DNA of 64,000 nt from Candidatus Segetimicrobium genomatis (GCA_005888595.1 VBAL01000112.1:24353-88352), one strand, 5' to 3'; positions 7,813 through 17,052 are shown, counted from the first letter of the stretch. Notes: generated by a model from the letters alone, not told the origin. Program-made: numbers and translations.

Positions 7813-9141
7813 CTAAGTGTTCATTTCATCGGCACCGTTCTCCTCTGCGGGGATCTCATCATCCCACAGCGCGCGCAGGCCATACCGTATGATTTTCAGC
7901 ATCGGCCGCGCGAGTGTGGCCAGGTGACCCGGCCGCAGAGCATGCATGATGAACGGCGCCAGGAGGCGTGATTGGTACGCCGTGTCACCGAGCCGCTCGA
8001 GAGTGGCGCGGAACGGCTCGTCGGCGGCGATCGTCGCGACGATCGCATTGAGATCGGCATCGGTCATCCGGTTGAGCGCCAACCGGGCCATGGTCGTCGC
8101 GCGCAGTTCTCGCCCGAAACGCCGCCGCCACCGGCGATCGTAGCGGATCAGCGCGTCCCGATCTCCACCGACAAACGAGGCGGCACCCTCGGCAGCCAGG
8201 CGCGCGGCAATCAGGGAGAAATAGATCCCGCCGCCGCTGGTCGCCTTCACGTGCCCGGCGGCATCACCGACCAGGATCATCCCGTCCACCGCCGTGGGGC
8301 TTCGAGAGGCGAGCACCGGGATGGGCCCAGCCAGTTTCCGTTCGATCCGCGCGTAACGCAGGCGTCGGGCGACCACCGGATGCCTCCGCAGGAGGGACTC
8401 CAGGTAGTGCAGGGGGGCGCGGCCGGCCAACTGCGGGTCGACGCAGACCCCGACACGGGCGCGCCGGTCACCGATCGGCATCAACCAGCCGAAGAATCCC
8501 GGCGCGGCCGCAGTCCCCAGGTAGACCTCAGGACAGTCTGGCTCTTCCAGGTCGACATCCGTCATCTGGTATTGCAGACCCAGAATCAGGCGGCGCCGGA
8601 GCTGAAAACCGAGAGTCTTGGGCAGTACTGGGCGGGCCCCTTCAGCATCGACGATCATGGCTGCCGTCGCCGAGAACGCTTTGCCACTCCGTTCGCCGGT
8701 CACGCGCACGGCGCCGTTGACGCGTTCCGCCGTGCGCAGCCTGGTGTCGAGCAACAACTCCGCGCCGCGCTCCTGGGCCTGGTGGGCGAGCCACCGGTCG
8801 AAGACGGCGCGGTCGACGACGTGCGAATCGGGGACAGCCCGGCGCACCCGCGCCACCACGCCGTTGGGGGCGTAGAAGGCGCCGGCCTGCAGCGTGTTGA
8901 GAATGAGGCGCTCGGGCAGGTTGAATTCACGGAAGGCATGCAGTTGCAGCTTGCCCGAACAATGCGTCGGCGCCCCGATCTCCGGGTGTTCCTCGACGAG
9001 GGCAGTCCGCAGGCCCATCGCGGCCGCAGTACCCGCCGCCATCCCGCCCGCCGGCCCCGCGCCGACGACGATCACGTCGAAATCAGTTCGCGTGGCCACG
9101 GCACTCACGGTTCTGGAGCGGGGCGGAGCACTCCTGTGCAC
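7813..9141 (-). CDS. Geranylgeranyl reductase family FAD-dependent oxidoreductase
   Basis: FAD-binding motif DFDVIVVGAGPAGGMAAGTAAAMG, HCSGKL, and VGDAAGHVKATSGGGIYFS. Confidence 0.8.
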   Translation of the reverse strand: MHRSAPPRSRTVSAVATRTDFDVIVVGAGPAGGMAAGTAAAMGLRTALVEEHPEIGAPTHCSGKLQLHAFREFNLPERLILNTLQAGAFYAPNGVVARVRRAVPDSHVVDRAVFDRWLAHQAQERGAELLLDTRLRTAERVNGAVRVTGERSGKAFSATAAMIVDAEGARPVLPKTLGFQLRRRLILGLQYQMTDVDLEEPDCPEVYLGTAAAPGFFGWLMPIGDRRARVGVCVDPQLAGRAPLHYLESLLRRHPVVARRLRYARIERKLAGPIPVLASRSPTAVDGMILVGDAAGHVKATSGGGIYFSLIAARLAAEGAASFVGGDRDALIRYDRRWRRRFGRELRATTMARLALNRMTDADLNAIVATIAADEPFRATLERLGDTAYQSRLLAPFIMHALRPGHLATLARPMLKIIRYGLRALWDDEIPAEENGADEMNT

Positions 9142-9256
9142 TACATTGTTGCAGGTTGGCGCCCTTCGACTCGCTTCGCTCGCTCAGGGCACTCGACTCG
9201 CCGACCACGAAAACGGCCGAAGGCCACGAGCGAGCCGCGTAGCGGCGAGTCGAGTG
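9142..9256. repeat. Dispersed-type GC-rich repeat (reads PFDSLRSLRA in one frame) plus a perfect 14-bp inverted repeat
   Basis: cccttcgactcgcttcgctcgctcagggc at 9162-9190. CACTCGACTCGCCG (9190-9203) pairs perfectly with CGGCGAGTCGAGTG (9243-9256). The 39-nt loop contains a GGCC-GAA-GGCC mini-hairpin. Lies in a divergent promoter region. Confidence 0.7.
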
Positions 9257-9331
9257 GGAACGGGGGAACACGGGAACGCGTAGGGAAATAGGGGATTGAT
9301 ATGAGTCGCGAGTCACGAGACACGAGTCACG
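9256..9331. repeat. Two tandem-heptamer runs (GGGAACN, then GAGTCRC) spanning the DUF192 gene start
   Basis: 9256-9297: gggaacg ggggaac acgggaa cgcgtag ggaaata ggggatt. 9303-9331: gagtcgc gagtcac gagacac gagtcac. The second run encodes N-terminal residues SRESRDTSH. Confidence 0.7.
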
Positions 9332-9792
9332 CCCTCTCCCGGCTGGTCGGGATCTTGGTGATCACCGGGCTGCTGCTGGGAATCCCAGTCCACGCCGCCG
9401 TCACCTTCAAGCGCGGATTCCTCACGATCACCCAAGGCCGGGCACGGGTGTTCTTGAACGTCGAGGTCGCTGACACCCCCCAGAGCCGCGAGCAGGGATT
9501 GGGCAACCGCACCTCTCTCGCCAGTAACGCCGGTATGCTGTTCGTCTTCGAGACAACCAACCTGTGGAGCTTCTGGATGAAGGACACCCTGATCCCGTTG
9601 ACTGTCGCATTCATCAATGAGCAATGGGAGATTGTGGACCTCATAGACATGGCCGTGGAAACGAATCCGCAAAAGCCGTCCATGATCTACAAGGCGGCGA
9701 AGCCCGCCCTCTATGCGCTGGAGGTCAACCAAGGGTACCTCCGGCAGAAGAACATCACCGTCGGCGCCAAGGTCGTCTACACTCCCCGCTAA
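9301..9792 (+). CDS. DUF192 domain-containing protein (membrane-anchored/secreted)
   Basis: GLGNRTSLASNAGMLFVFETTNLWSFWMKDTLIPLTVAFIN...ALEVNQGY is typical of DUF192/COG1430. N-terminal hydrophobic segment LVGILVITGLLLGIPVHA. Shine-Dalgarno GGGGA lies 5 nt upstream of the ATG. Confidence 0.8.
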   Translation: MSRESRDTSHALSRLVGILVITGLLLGIPVHAAVTFKRGFLTITQGRARVFLNVEVADTPQSREQGLGNRTSLASNAGMLFVFETTNLWSFWMKDTLIPLTVAFINEQWEIVDLIDMAVETNPQKPSMIYKAAKPALYALEVNQGYLRQKNITVGAKVVYTPR

Positions 9793-9796
9793 ATCG

Positions 9797-9862
9797 GCAG
9801 TCGGGCGGTCGGGACAGAGCCAGAATCTTATCTTCCGCGACTGCCCGACTACGCGACCGCCC
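9797..9862. repeat. Octamer-word hairpin, CGACTGCC/GGCGGTCG family
   Basis: AGTCGGGCGGTCG (9799-9811) pairs with CGACTGCCCGACT (9838-9850), 12 of 13 bp. Same word family as 12578-12703. Confidence 0.7.
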
Positions 9863-9917
9863 AGATGCTGCACCGCTCGACCGCCTGACCGCCGTGCTAT
9901 CATGACTGCACACCCCG

Positions 9918-11579
9918 ATGGCGGACGTCACTCAAGATTTCCTTAGGCGCAAGACGGCAGAGATTTCTGCCCTGCGGGCGATCAGCCGGGCGATCGGCTC
10001 GGCACTGGATCTTGACACGACCCTCCATCTCATCACCAAAACGACCGCAGAGGTCATGGGCATGGACAGTTGCTCCATCTACCTCCTCGACCCTGCCGGC
10101 GAGTACCTGGTGCTGAAGGCGACGACCGGCCTGGCGCCCGACGCGGTGGGCCGGGCGCGGCTGCGGTTCGGCGAAGGCCTCACCGGGTGGGCGGCCGGGA
10201 AAGGCAAACCGGTCGCCAGCAGTGATGCGGCGAGCGATCCTCGCTTTGTCTATCTACCCGAGACCCATGAGTACAACTTCCGATCACTTGCCGCTGTGCC
10301 GCTGGTCACCGCTGGAAAGGTTATCGGCGCGATCAACGTGCAGACCACCGCCCAGCATGAATATCCCGACGATGAGCTCGAGCTGCTCGGCGTCATTGCA
10401 GACCTGGCTGCCGGGGCTATCGAAAAGGCGACGCTGTACGACAACATGCGCCGGCAGATCATGGAACTCTCCACCCTGGCGGAGGTCAGCCAGACTGTGA
10501 CCTCGCCGTTGTATCTGGAGGAGATCCTGCGCCTGATTCTGGAGATGGCCGCCCGCATGCTTGACGCCAAGATGTGTTCGTTGATGCTCATCGATGAGAC
10601 CACCGGTGAACTGGTGATCGCCGCCGCGCAGAGTGCCGGCCACGCCTATCTCAACCGGCCCAGATTGAAAGTGGGCGAGGGCATCACCGGCCTGGTCGCG
10701 CGCCAGGCCAGGGCGATCGCCGTTTTCGACGTCCTGGCCGAACCCCGCTTCCTGGCCAAAGAGATGGCCGAACAGGAAGGGTTGCGGGCGCTCCTGTCCG
10801 TGCCGCTGGTGGTCCGGGACAAAACCATCGGAGTTGTCAACTGCTACAAGGCCAGCCCCCATCGGTTCACCGAGGCCGAGACCACACTGCTCACCACGCT
10901 GGCCAACCAGACGGCGCTGGCGATCGAGAACGCCAACCTGGTCGTGCGCTCGGCGGTCCACCACCGCGTCAAAAACAATCTGCAGACGATCGCCATGCTC
11001 CTCCGGTTGCAGCTGCGAGACGGACGCGAGGTATCCGGCCGCGAGGTGCTCACCGAGACGATCAACCGTGTGCTCAGCATCGCGGCGGTGCACGAAATCC
11101 TCTCGGTCGAAGGATTCCGTCTCATCAACCTGCGTCAGCTCTTAGAGCGTGTGGCCGACAGCGTCACACACGGTATGACCCGGCCGGGCGTGAGCATTGA
11201 TGTCTCCGTGCGCGGCGATGACATCTTCCTGGCATCGCAGCAGGCGACATCTCTGGCTCTGGCGGTGAACGAATTGCTGCAGAATGCATTCGAGCACGCG
11301 TTTCCTCAACGGACGACGGGGCGCATCGAGATTCGCGTAACGCAGCAGGAGACAGGCCTGATGCTGGAAGTCGAGGATGACGGGCGGGGATTGCCCCAGA
11401 AGTTCGACCCTACCACCGGCGCCGACCTCGGGTTGAAGATCGTCCACGCGCTGGTGACGGAGGACCTGGGAGGGACACTCGTCTTCTCCGGCGGCGCCCC
11501 GCACCGCACCGTGCCCGGCGGCGGGGGGACGCACGCCGTGATCACCATTCCCCGGATCTCCGGCAATGCCCGCGAGTGA
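9918..11579 (+). CDS. GAF-GAF sensor histidine kinase (HisKA_2 type, PdtaS-like)
   Basis: 553 aa. Two GAF domains, H-box AVHHRVKNNLQTIAMLLRLQ, and an HATPase_c domain (NELLQNAFEHAF, DDGRGLP, LGLKIV). Confidence 0.85.
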   Translation: MADVTQDFLRRKTAEISALRAISRAIGSALDLDTTLHLITKTTAEVMGMDSCSIYLLDPAGEYLVLKATTGLAPDAVGRARLRFGEGLTGWAAGKGKPVASSDAASDPRFVYLPETHEYNFRSLAAVPLVTAGKVIGAINVQTTAQHEYPDDELELLGVIADLAAGAIEKATLYDNMRRQIMELSTLAEVSQTVTSPLYLEEILRLILEMAARMLDAKMCSLMLIDETTGELVIAAAQSAGHAYLNRPRLKVGEGITGLVARQARAIAVFDVLAEPRFLAKEMAEQEGLRALLSVPLVVRDKTIGVVNCYKASPHRFTEAETTLLTTLANQTALAIENANLVVRSAVHHRVKNNLQTIAMLLRLQLRDGREVSGREVLTETINRVLSIAAVHEILSVEGFRLINLRQLLERVADSVTHGMTRPGVSIDVSVRGDDIFLASQQATSLALAVNELLQNAFEHAFPQRTTGRIEIRVTQQETGLMLEVEDDGRGLPQKFDPTTGADLGLKIVHALVTEDLGGTLVFSGGAPHRTVPGGGGTHAVITIPRISGNARE

Positions 11580-11607
11580 TCTAAGGGATCCGGGGTAGAT
11601 CAGCGCC

Positions 11608-12183
11608 ATGCCTGAACCGCTGCGGATCCTCATTGCCGATGACGAGGCGGTCATCCGCCTGGGCCTTCGTTCCATGCTTGAGGATCAGGGGTATCGCGTG
11701 GTGGGGGAGGCGGCGGATGGAGATCGCGCCTTAGCCCTGGTGCGCCGGCTGCGCCCGGACCTGGTCTTCCTCGACATCAAGATGCCTGGAATCGACGGCC
11801 TGCAGGCGGCACGGGCCCTGTTGGCCGAGCCCCCCGTGCCGGTGATCGTCCTGACGGCGTACGCCGACCGTGAGTTCGTGGACAGGGCCAAGGAAGCCGG
11901 CGTCCTCGCCTATCTGGTCAAGCCGGTGCGGGAGAGCGACCTCCGTCCGGCGATTGAAGTCGCCCTGGCACGGTTTCGCGAAATCCGTGCGCTGCATGAA
12001 GACATCGGGAGCCTCGAGGATGCGCTGGCTACCCGCAAACTGGTTGAGCGCGCCAAGGGGGTCCTGATGAGCCGGCATGGGCTCGACGAAGCTGCCGCAT
12101 TTGCCCAGATCCAGCGTCAGGCACGCAGCACCCGCAAGACGATGAAAGAAATCGCCGAAGAGATCCTTGCCCAGCAGGGCTAA
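11608..12183 (+). CDS. ANTAR-domain response regulator (PdtaR-like RNA-binding antiterminator)
   Basis: REC domain (ILIADDEAVIR...DLVFLDIKMPGIDG) plus a C-terminal ANTAR domain (LEDALATRKLVERAKGVLMSRHGLDEAAAFAQIQRQARSTRKTMKEIAEEI). Confidence 0.9.
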   Translation: MPEPLRILIADDEAVIRLGLRSMLEDQGYRVVGEAADGDRALALVRRLRPDLVFLDIKMPGIDGLQAARALLAEPPVPVIVLTAYADREFVDRAKEAGVLAYLVKPVRESDLRPAIEVALARFREIRALHEDIGSLEDALATRKLVERAKGVLMSRHGLDEAAAFAQIQRQARSTRKTMKEIAEEILAQQG

Positions 12184-12193
12184 TTGCCTCACA

Positions 12194-12268
12194 GTCATTG
12201 CGAGCCCGAAGGGCGAAGCAATCTCCGTAACGGGGATCGCCACGGCCCTGCGGGCCTCGCGATGACAG
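12194..12268. repeat. Composite palindromic element (GTCATTGCGAG...CTCGCGATGAC), copy 1
   Basis: gtcattgcgagcccgaagggcgaagcaatctcc-gtaacg-gggatcgccacggccctgcgggcctcgcgatgacag. The outer arms and two inner mini-hairpins are complementary. The same element occurs at 35015-35095 and 54959-55137. Confidence 0.85.
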
Positions 12269-12292
12269 CACAGCCTAGTTTCCGATATCATT

Positions 12293-12338
12293 GTCACGAC
12301 TTGTCGCGTTACCGCGTTCCCGCGATTCCGCGTTCCCG
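12293..12338. repeat. Tandem-heptamer run, CGCGTTC family (single arm)
   Basis: gtcacgacttgtcgcgttaccgcgttcccgcgattccgcgttcccg. A shorter run of the same word follows element copy 2 at 35101-35125. Confidence 0.65.
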
Positions 12339-12391
12339 TTAGTTGTCCGTCTTATCCCCATTGTCCACAACGGCGGAACGAAAGTTCCGAA

Positions 12392-12421
12392 TTGACCCCT
12401 TTCCCCGTGGCATGGTAGAAA
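12392..12421 (+). promoter_or_regulatory. Candidate promoter inside the 527-bp spacer upstream of nadE
   Basis: TTGACC (12392-12397), an 18-nt spacer, then TGg-TAGAAA (12413-12421). It would produce a leader of about 300 nt before nadE. Confidence 0.3.
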
Positions 12422-12577
12422 CGTATTCGCCAGCGGAAAGCGGCTGTTCGAGGTGGGAGTGAGGTACCGCTCGTTCCGCAGTGCCTCCGGCGCTGCGCGG
12501 TCGACGGCAACCCGGCCTAACTCAGCGAAGCGCACCCGCTGGCCTAATACTTTGAGGCGCCGGAGGCGCCACCTACC

Positions 12578-12703
12578 GCTGTCGCGCGGTCGCGCTGTCG
12601 GGCGGTCGCGTGACAACCTCCGGACGAACATCCGGCCGATACCCTTGTCCCAGGCCCCCTGAGACCGTCCCGCGACTGCGCGATTCCGCGACTGCCCGAC
12701 TGC
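12578..12703. repeat. Octamer-word hairpin, GCTGTCG/GGCGGTCG versus CGCGACTG family
   Basis: The left arm (12578-12613) is built of cgctgtcg/cgcggtcg units. The right arm (12671-12703) is cgcgactg cgcgattc cgcgactg cccgactg. GCTGTCGGGCGGTCGCG (12593-12609) pairs with 12687-12703 at 15 of 17 positions. It ends 8 nt before the longest-ORF TTG (12711) and 26 nt before the preferred nadE ATG (12729). Confidence 0.75.
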
Positions 12704-12728
12704 TGTATAATTGGTTGCTGGAGCCAGG

Positions 12729-14477
12729 ATGCTGCGCGTCTGCTTGGCCCAGATCAATACGACGGTGGGAGACCTAGAGGGCAACACCCGCCGTATTTGC
12801 GAGGCCATCGACCGCTCGCGCGATCTGGGCACGGATATCATCTGCTTCCCCGAACTGGCAATTTCCGGTTATCCCCCTGAAGACCTACTGCTCAAAGCCG
12901 ACTTTGTGCGGGGAAATCTGGACTCGCTGGAGGAAGTCACCCGCCGTACCAAGGGCATCGCCGCGGTCGTGGGATTCGTCGATCAAGGCACGCACCTCTA
13001 CAACGCGGCGGCGATGTGCGTAGATGGCGAGCGGGTGGGGATCTACCACAAGCAGCGCCTGCCGAACTATGGGGTGTTTGACGAAAAGCGATACTTCCAC
13101 CCCGGACGCCGGGCGCCGGTCTTCATCATCGAAGGCGTCCCGGTCGGCGTCACGATCTGCGAGGATATCTGGGCTCCAGGCGGCTCTTGCCAGGCGGAGG
13201 CGGCCGCCGGGGCGCTCGTGATTATCAACATCAACGGCTCCCCGTACCACGCTGGGAAGTGGCGCGAACGGGCACAGATGCTGGCTACGCGGGCCCGCGA
13301 TTACAGCGTCGTCCTCTGCTACGACAACCTGGTCGGGGGTCAGGACGAGCTGGTCTTTGACGGCATGAGCATGATCTTCGACCACACCGGCGCGTGGTTG
13401 GCCCGCGGGAAGCAGTTCGAAGATGATTTCGTCTACTGCGATGTCGACCCCGAAGCCGTCCGCCGTCACCGGCTGTTTGCGCCGGTGCGGGCGGCGGAGG
13501 ACGACGAGGGGCCGATCGAAACGTACACCCTGCATGTCTCGGCGGCGCGATCACGGCAGCGGCCATCGATCCCCCCGGCCATCGCCGAACCGATGGATCC
13601 CCACGAGGAGATCTACCGCGCGCTCGCCCTGGGAACACGAGACTACGTGCGCAAGAATGGATTCACCGACGTCGTGGTGGGGCTCTCCGGTGGCATCGAT
13701 TCTGCGCTGGTGGCTACGATTGCGACGGACGCGCTGGGCCCGCAGCACGTGCACACGGCGTGGATGCCGTCCCGGTACAGCTCGCAGGAGAGCCGCCGCT
13801 ATGCCCGCGAGGTCGCGGCGAACCTCGGTTCCAGCCTCATCGATCTGGAGATCGACCGCACCTTTGAAGCGTTCCTGCAGACGCTTCAGCCGCTTTTCGC
13901 CGGGCGGCCGGCCGACGCCGCAGAGGAAAACGTCCAGGCCCGCATCCGCGGGACGCTGCTCATGGCGCTGTCGAACAAATTCGGATGGCTGGTGCTCACC
14001 ACCGGCAACAAGAGCGAGTTGAGCGTCGGTTATGCGACCCTGTACGGCGACATGGCCGGCGGGTTCGCGGTCATCAAGGATGTCCCCAAGACGCTGGTCT
14101 ACGACCTGGCCCGGTGGCGGAACGGCAGACGGAGCGTCATCCCCGAGGGTGTGCTCACCCGCGCTCCAACCGCGGAGTTGCGCGCCGGACAAAAAGACAC
14201 CGATACGCTCCCGCCCTACGAGATCCTCGATCCGATACTCAAGCTCTACGTCGAGGAGGACACACCGCCGGCGGACATCGTGGCGGCCGGGTATCCGGCC
14301 GAGGTGGTGCGCCGCGTGATCGCGATGGTGGATCGAAACGAATATAAACGCCGCCAGGCGCCGCCGGGCGTAAAGATTACGCCCAAGGCATTCGGCAAAG
14401 ATCGCCGCCTGCCGATCACGAACTGGTACCGGAGCGCTCTCACCGAAAACACGGAGTCCCGCCTCGACGGTCAATGA
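12729..14477 (+). CDS. nadE: Glutamine-dependent NAD+ synthetase (NadE, nitrilase-like glutaminase + synthetase domains)
   Basis: MLRVCLAQINTTVGDLEGN..., FPELAISGYPPEDL, CEDIW, and the SGGIDSA PP-loop. The longest ORF starts at TTG 12711; the ATG at 12729 has GGAG 6 nt upstream. Confidence 0.92.
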   Translation: MLRVCLAQINTTVGDLEGNTRRICEAIDRSRDLGTDIICFPELAISGYPPEDLLLKADFVRGNLDSLEEVTRRTKGIAAVVGFVDQGTHLYNAAAMCVDGERVGIYHKQRLPNYGVFDEKRYFHPGRRAPVFIIEGVPVGVTICEDIWAPGGSCQAEAAAGALVIININGSPYHAGKWRERAQMLATRARDYSVVLCYDNLVGGQDELVFDGMSMIFDHTGAWLARGKQFEDDFVYCDVDPEAVRRHRLFAPVRAAEDDEGPIETYTLHVSAARSRQRPSIPPAIAEPMDPHEEIYRALALGTRDYVRKNGFTDVVVGLSGGIDSALVATIATDALGPQHVHTAWMPSRYSSQESRRYAREVAANLGSSLIDLEIDRTFEAFLQTLQPLFAGRPADAAEENVQARIRGTLLMALSNKFGWLVLTTGNKSELSVGYATLYGDMAGGFAVIKDVPKTLVYDLARWRNGRRSVIPEGVLTRAPTAELRAGQKDTDTLPPYEILDPILKLYVEEDTPPADIVAAGYPAEVVRRVIAMVDRNEYKRRQAPPGVKITPKAFGKDRRLPITNWYRSALTENTESRLDGQ

Positions 14478-16945
14478 GCATCGGGACGCGCTCGCGCTAC
14501 CACATCACCGTAGCGCCGGCGCCCCTCCCCTTTTCGCCACCTGTTCGCTTCCATCTCCAAGAAAACGACGAGTACGTCAAGTACGGGCATCCCCCGTTTC
14601 CCACCCCGGGGCGGGGCGATCCCTACTGGACGCCCGAGATTATCTCGCAGACCTGGTTCATGGCGGAAAAAGGCAAGATCCCCATCTCGGGAGCAGGCTA
14701 TGGCGGACCGTTTGCCGGACCGGGATTCGATGCCATCTGGCTGGATATGTCAGAGATCGTACGGCCCACACGCGACGGCATTCATGGACGCGAGTACATC
14801 TCGACCAGTGTGGATCTGGGGCGCAAGCTCCCGTTTCTCACCGTCGGGGCGGGCGGTGTCGAGGACGCGCTACCGGCGCTGCTCGAGCTTCCGATCCCCA
14901 TCCTCTTCAATCCGTTTCCGTTTCCCACCACGCAACGCGCGCCGGTCCTTGCCGTGGCGCACGCCGCCCAAACGCTGCGGACCCTGGCCATCCTCACACC
15001 GGATCAGTGGAGCGAGGACTTGCGCGACGACGCGGTCATCGCGCCACGACTGGCGGCGCGCGATCTGGACCGCTACGAATCGCTCTGGCAGCGTGCCCGG
15101 TACGTGGAGCTGGACGGCGGAGATGCATTCGCCGCCGCGCGCCTCAAAGCCGCTCGTCCGGACACCGTGATTGGGTGGTACGTTCCGCTTGGCTCCACCG
15201 ACGGCGCAGCGGTGGAGCAGATGGTGCGGGCGGGAGCGGAGGTCATCCACTTGTACGCCGACGAGTACGGGCAGAGCGGCCGAGGCTTTCTCGCGGATGG
15301 GCTGCGCGCCATTCACCGCTATCTGGTCGAGCGCGGGATCCGCGACGAAGTCACGCTGATCACGAGCGGCGGCATCGCCGCCGCCGAGCATGTCCCCAAA
15401 GCCATCGTGTGCGGCGCGGATGCGGTGGCGATTGACTTCACGCTGGTCGTCGCCTTCGGGTGCGGCCTGTGGGCCGACAAGTCGTACTGCCCTGCCGAAA
15501 ACGGCGAGTTCGACCCGGGATGGGGCGCGCAGCGCCTGGTGAATTTGATGGCGGCCTGGCGCGATCAGCTCCTGGAGTGTCTGGGGGCGATGGGCATGCG
15601 CGAGGTGCGCCGGCTGCGCGGAGAAGCCGGCCGCGCGATCTTTCAGCCGCAGGAGGAAGAGGCCTTCCGCTCGCTCTTCAGGCAGACCCGGCCCCTAGCG
15701 CCCCCGCCCGAGGAGACCGAGGTTCCCACGATGGGGGATCTGCGCTGGACGCCGGACCTCTTACAGGCCACCTGGACGCAGGCAGACAGCGGCCAGTTGC
15801 CGGCGCGAGGGGAGTATCGCGTGGGGAAGTCGGGCGGCGGATTCGACATCCTGCGGTTCACCTGTGAAGAGGACGGCTACCGCGCGGTTGCGCAGATCCC
15901 GGACCGCGAGATCGATCTCGCCCTCGATCTGAACCGGCGCCGCAATGAACCACAGATTGCGATCTCGGTGCCATGGTACGGCGGCGGGATGTCGTTCGGC
16001 TCGGTCAGCCTGCAGACGATGCTGGCCCGCGCCATCGCGGCCGTGGAGATAAACACCTTCACCTCTACGGGTGAGGGCGGATACCCCGACGAACTCGCGC
16101 CGTACGCCGATCACGTGATCACACAGGTGGCCACGGGTCTGTTCGGTGTGCGCGAGGAGACCGTGCAGCGCGCCCGGTTCGTGGAGTTCAAATACGCGCA
16201 GGGTGCCAAGCCCGGGCTGGGCGGGCATCTGCTCGGCGGCAAAACGACCGAGGTGGTGGCCCTGATGCGCGAGGCCGTGGCGTGGACGTCGTTGTTTTCG
16301 CCGTTTCCATTCCACAGCGTGTACTCGGTCGAGGATCATAAGAAGCATGTGGATTGGATCCGGACCATCAATCCTGACGCGCTGGTCGCGGTAAAAGTCT
16401 CCACACCTACGGACGTGGACATGGTCGCGGTGGGGATCTACCATGCCGGTGCGCACATTGTGCACCTCGATGGTGGCTACGGTGGCACCGGCGCGGCGCC
16501 TGAGATCGCCAAGAAGAATATCGCGATGCCGATCGAGTACGCCATCCCGAAGGTACACAACTTCCTGCTCAACGAGGGCATCCGCGACGAAATCGTGCTG
16601 GTGGCATCTGGAGGGATCCGCACCGCCTATGACATCGCCAAATGCGTGGCGTTGGGCGCAGACGGCGCTGTGATCGGAATGGCCGACCTAGTCGCCATCG
16701 GGTGCACACGCCTGGCGGACTGTGAAAAAGGCCAGGGATGCCCGTTTGGCATCACGACGACGGATCCTGAGCTATCCAAACTCATCGACCCGGCCTGGGG
16801 CGCCATCCGCATTGCCAACCTGTACCGGGCTTGGGCCCGGCAGTTGCGTGATCTCCTGAAATCGCTCGGTCTGCGGTCGATCCGTGAGCTGCGCGGCCGC
16901 ACCGACTTGCTTGTGTATCTTGAGGCCGGACATGGCACACGCTAG
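14474..16945 (+). CDS. Glutamate-synthase-family protein with two TIM-barrel (FMN/GltB central domain-like) modules
   Basis: 823 aa. The C-terminal half is a canonical GltB FMN domain (WYGGGMSFGSVS, KYAQGAKPGLGGHLLG, HLDGGYGGTGAAP, ASGGIRTAYDIAKCVALGADGAVIG). The N-terminal half is a degenerate copy (TSGGIAAAEHVPKAIVCGADAVAIDF). Its ATG overlaps the nadE TGA (ATGA). Confidence 0.8.
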   Translation: MSIGTRSRYHITVAPAPLPFSPPVRFHLQENDEYVKYGHPPFPTPGRGDPYWTPEIISQTWFMAEKGKIPISGAGYGGPFAGPGFDAIWLDMSEIVRPTRDGIHGREYISTSVDLGRKLPFLTVGAGGVEDALPALLELPIPILFNPFPFPTTQRAPVLAVAHAAQTLRTLAILTPDQWSEDLRDDAVIAPRLAARDLDRYESLWQRARYVELDGGDAFAAARLKAARPDTVIGWYVPLGSTDGAAVEQMVRAGAEVIHLYADEYGQSGRGFLADGLRAIHRYLVERGIRDEVTLITSGGIAAAEHVPKAIVCGADAVAIDFTLVVAFGCGLWADKSYCPAENGEFDPGWGAQRLVNLMAAWRDQLLECLGAMGMREVRRLRGEAGRAIFQPQEEEAFRSLFRQTRPLAPPPEETEVPTMGDLRWTPDLLQATWTQADSGQLPARGEYRVGKSGGGFDILRFTCEEDGYRAVAQIPDREIDLALDLNRRRNEPQIAISVPWYGGGMSFGSVSLQTMLARAIAAVEINTFTSTGEGGYPDELAPYADHVITQVATGLFGVREETVQRARFVEFKYAQGAKPGLGGHLLGGKTTEVVALMREAVAWTSLFSPFPFHSVYSVEDHKKHVDWIRTINPDALVAVKVSTPTDVDMVAVGIYHAGAHIVHLDGGYGGTGAAPEIAKKNIAMPIEYAIPKVHNFLLNEGIRDEIVLVASGGIRTAYDIAKCVALGADGAVIGMADLVAIGCTRLADCEKGQGCPFGITTTDPELSKLIDPAWGAIRIANLYRAWARQLRDLLKSLGLRSIRELRGRTDLLVYLEAGHGTR

Positions 16946-17040
16946 TGAAGTTGGAAAGTTGAAGAGTTGGAGAGTTGGAGAGTCTCAAGCCAATCCGGCG
17001 GTCAACCCTTCAACTTTCCAACTTTCCAACTTCCCAACTC
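16946..17040. repeat. Tandem-octamer hairpin, AGTTGGAG family
   Basis: Left arm 16946-16984: tgaagttg gaaagttg aagagttg gagagttg gagagtc. Right arm 17007-17040: ccttcaac tttccaac tttccaac ttcccaac tc. It starts 1 nt after the TAG and ends 12 nt before the next ATG. Confidence 0.9.
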
Positions 17041-17052
17041 AGGTAGTGAGAC

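Noticed and set aside
12422-12710. Possible NAD+ or glutamine riboswitch in the nadE leader.
   Set aside because: I could not recognise the conserved cores of the nadA-motif, pnuC-motif or glnA RNAs. The 8-9-nt long-range complementarities I found (12429-12436 with 12536-12543; 12484-12492 with 12558-12566) are about what chance predicts in 300 nt of GC-rich sequence.
12275-12841. 188-aa minus-strand ORF spanning the spacer upstream of nadE.
   Set aside because: It reads through palindromic and tandem-repeat elements and overlaps the nadE start. Its composition is low-complexity and no motif is present.
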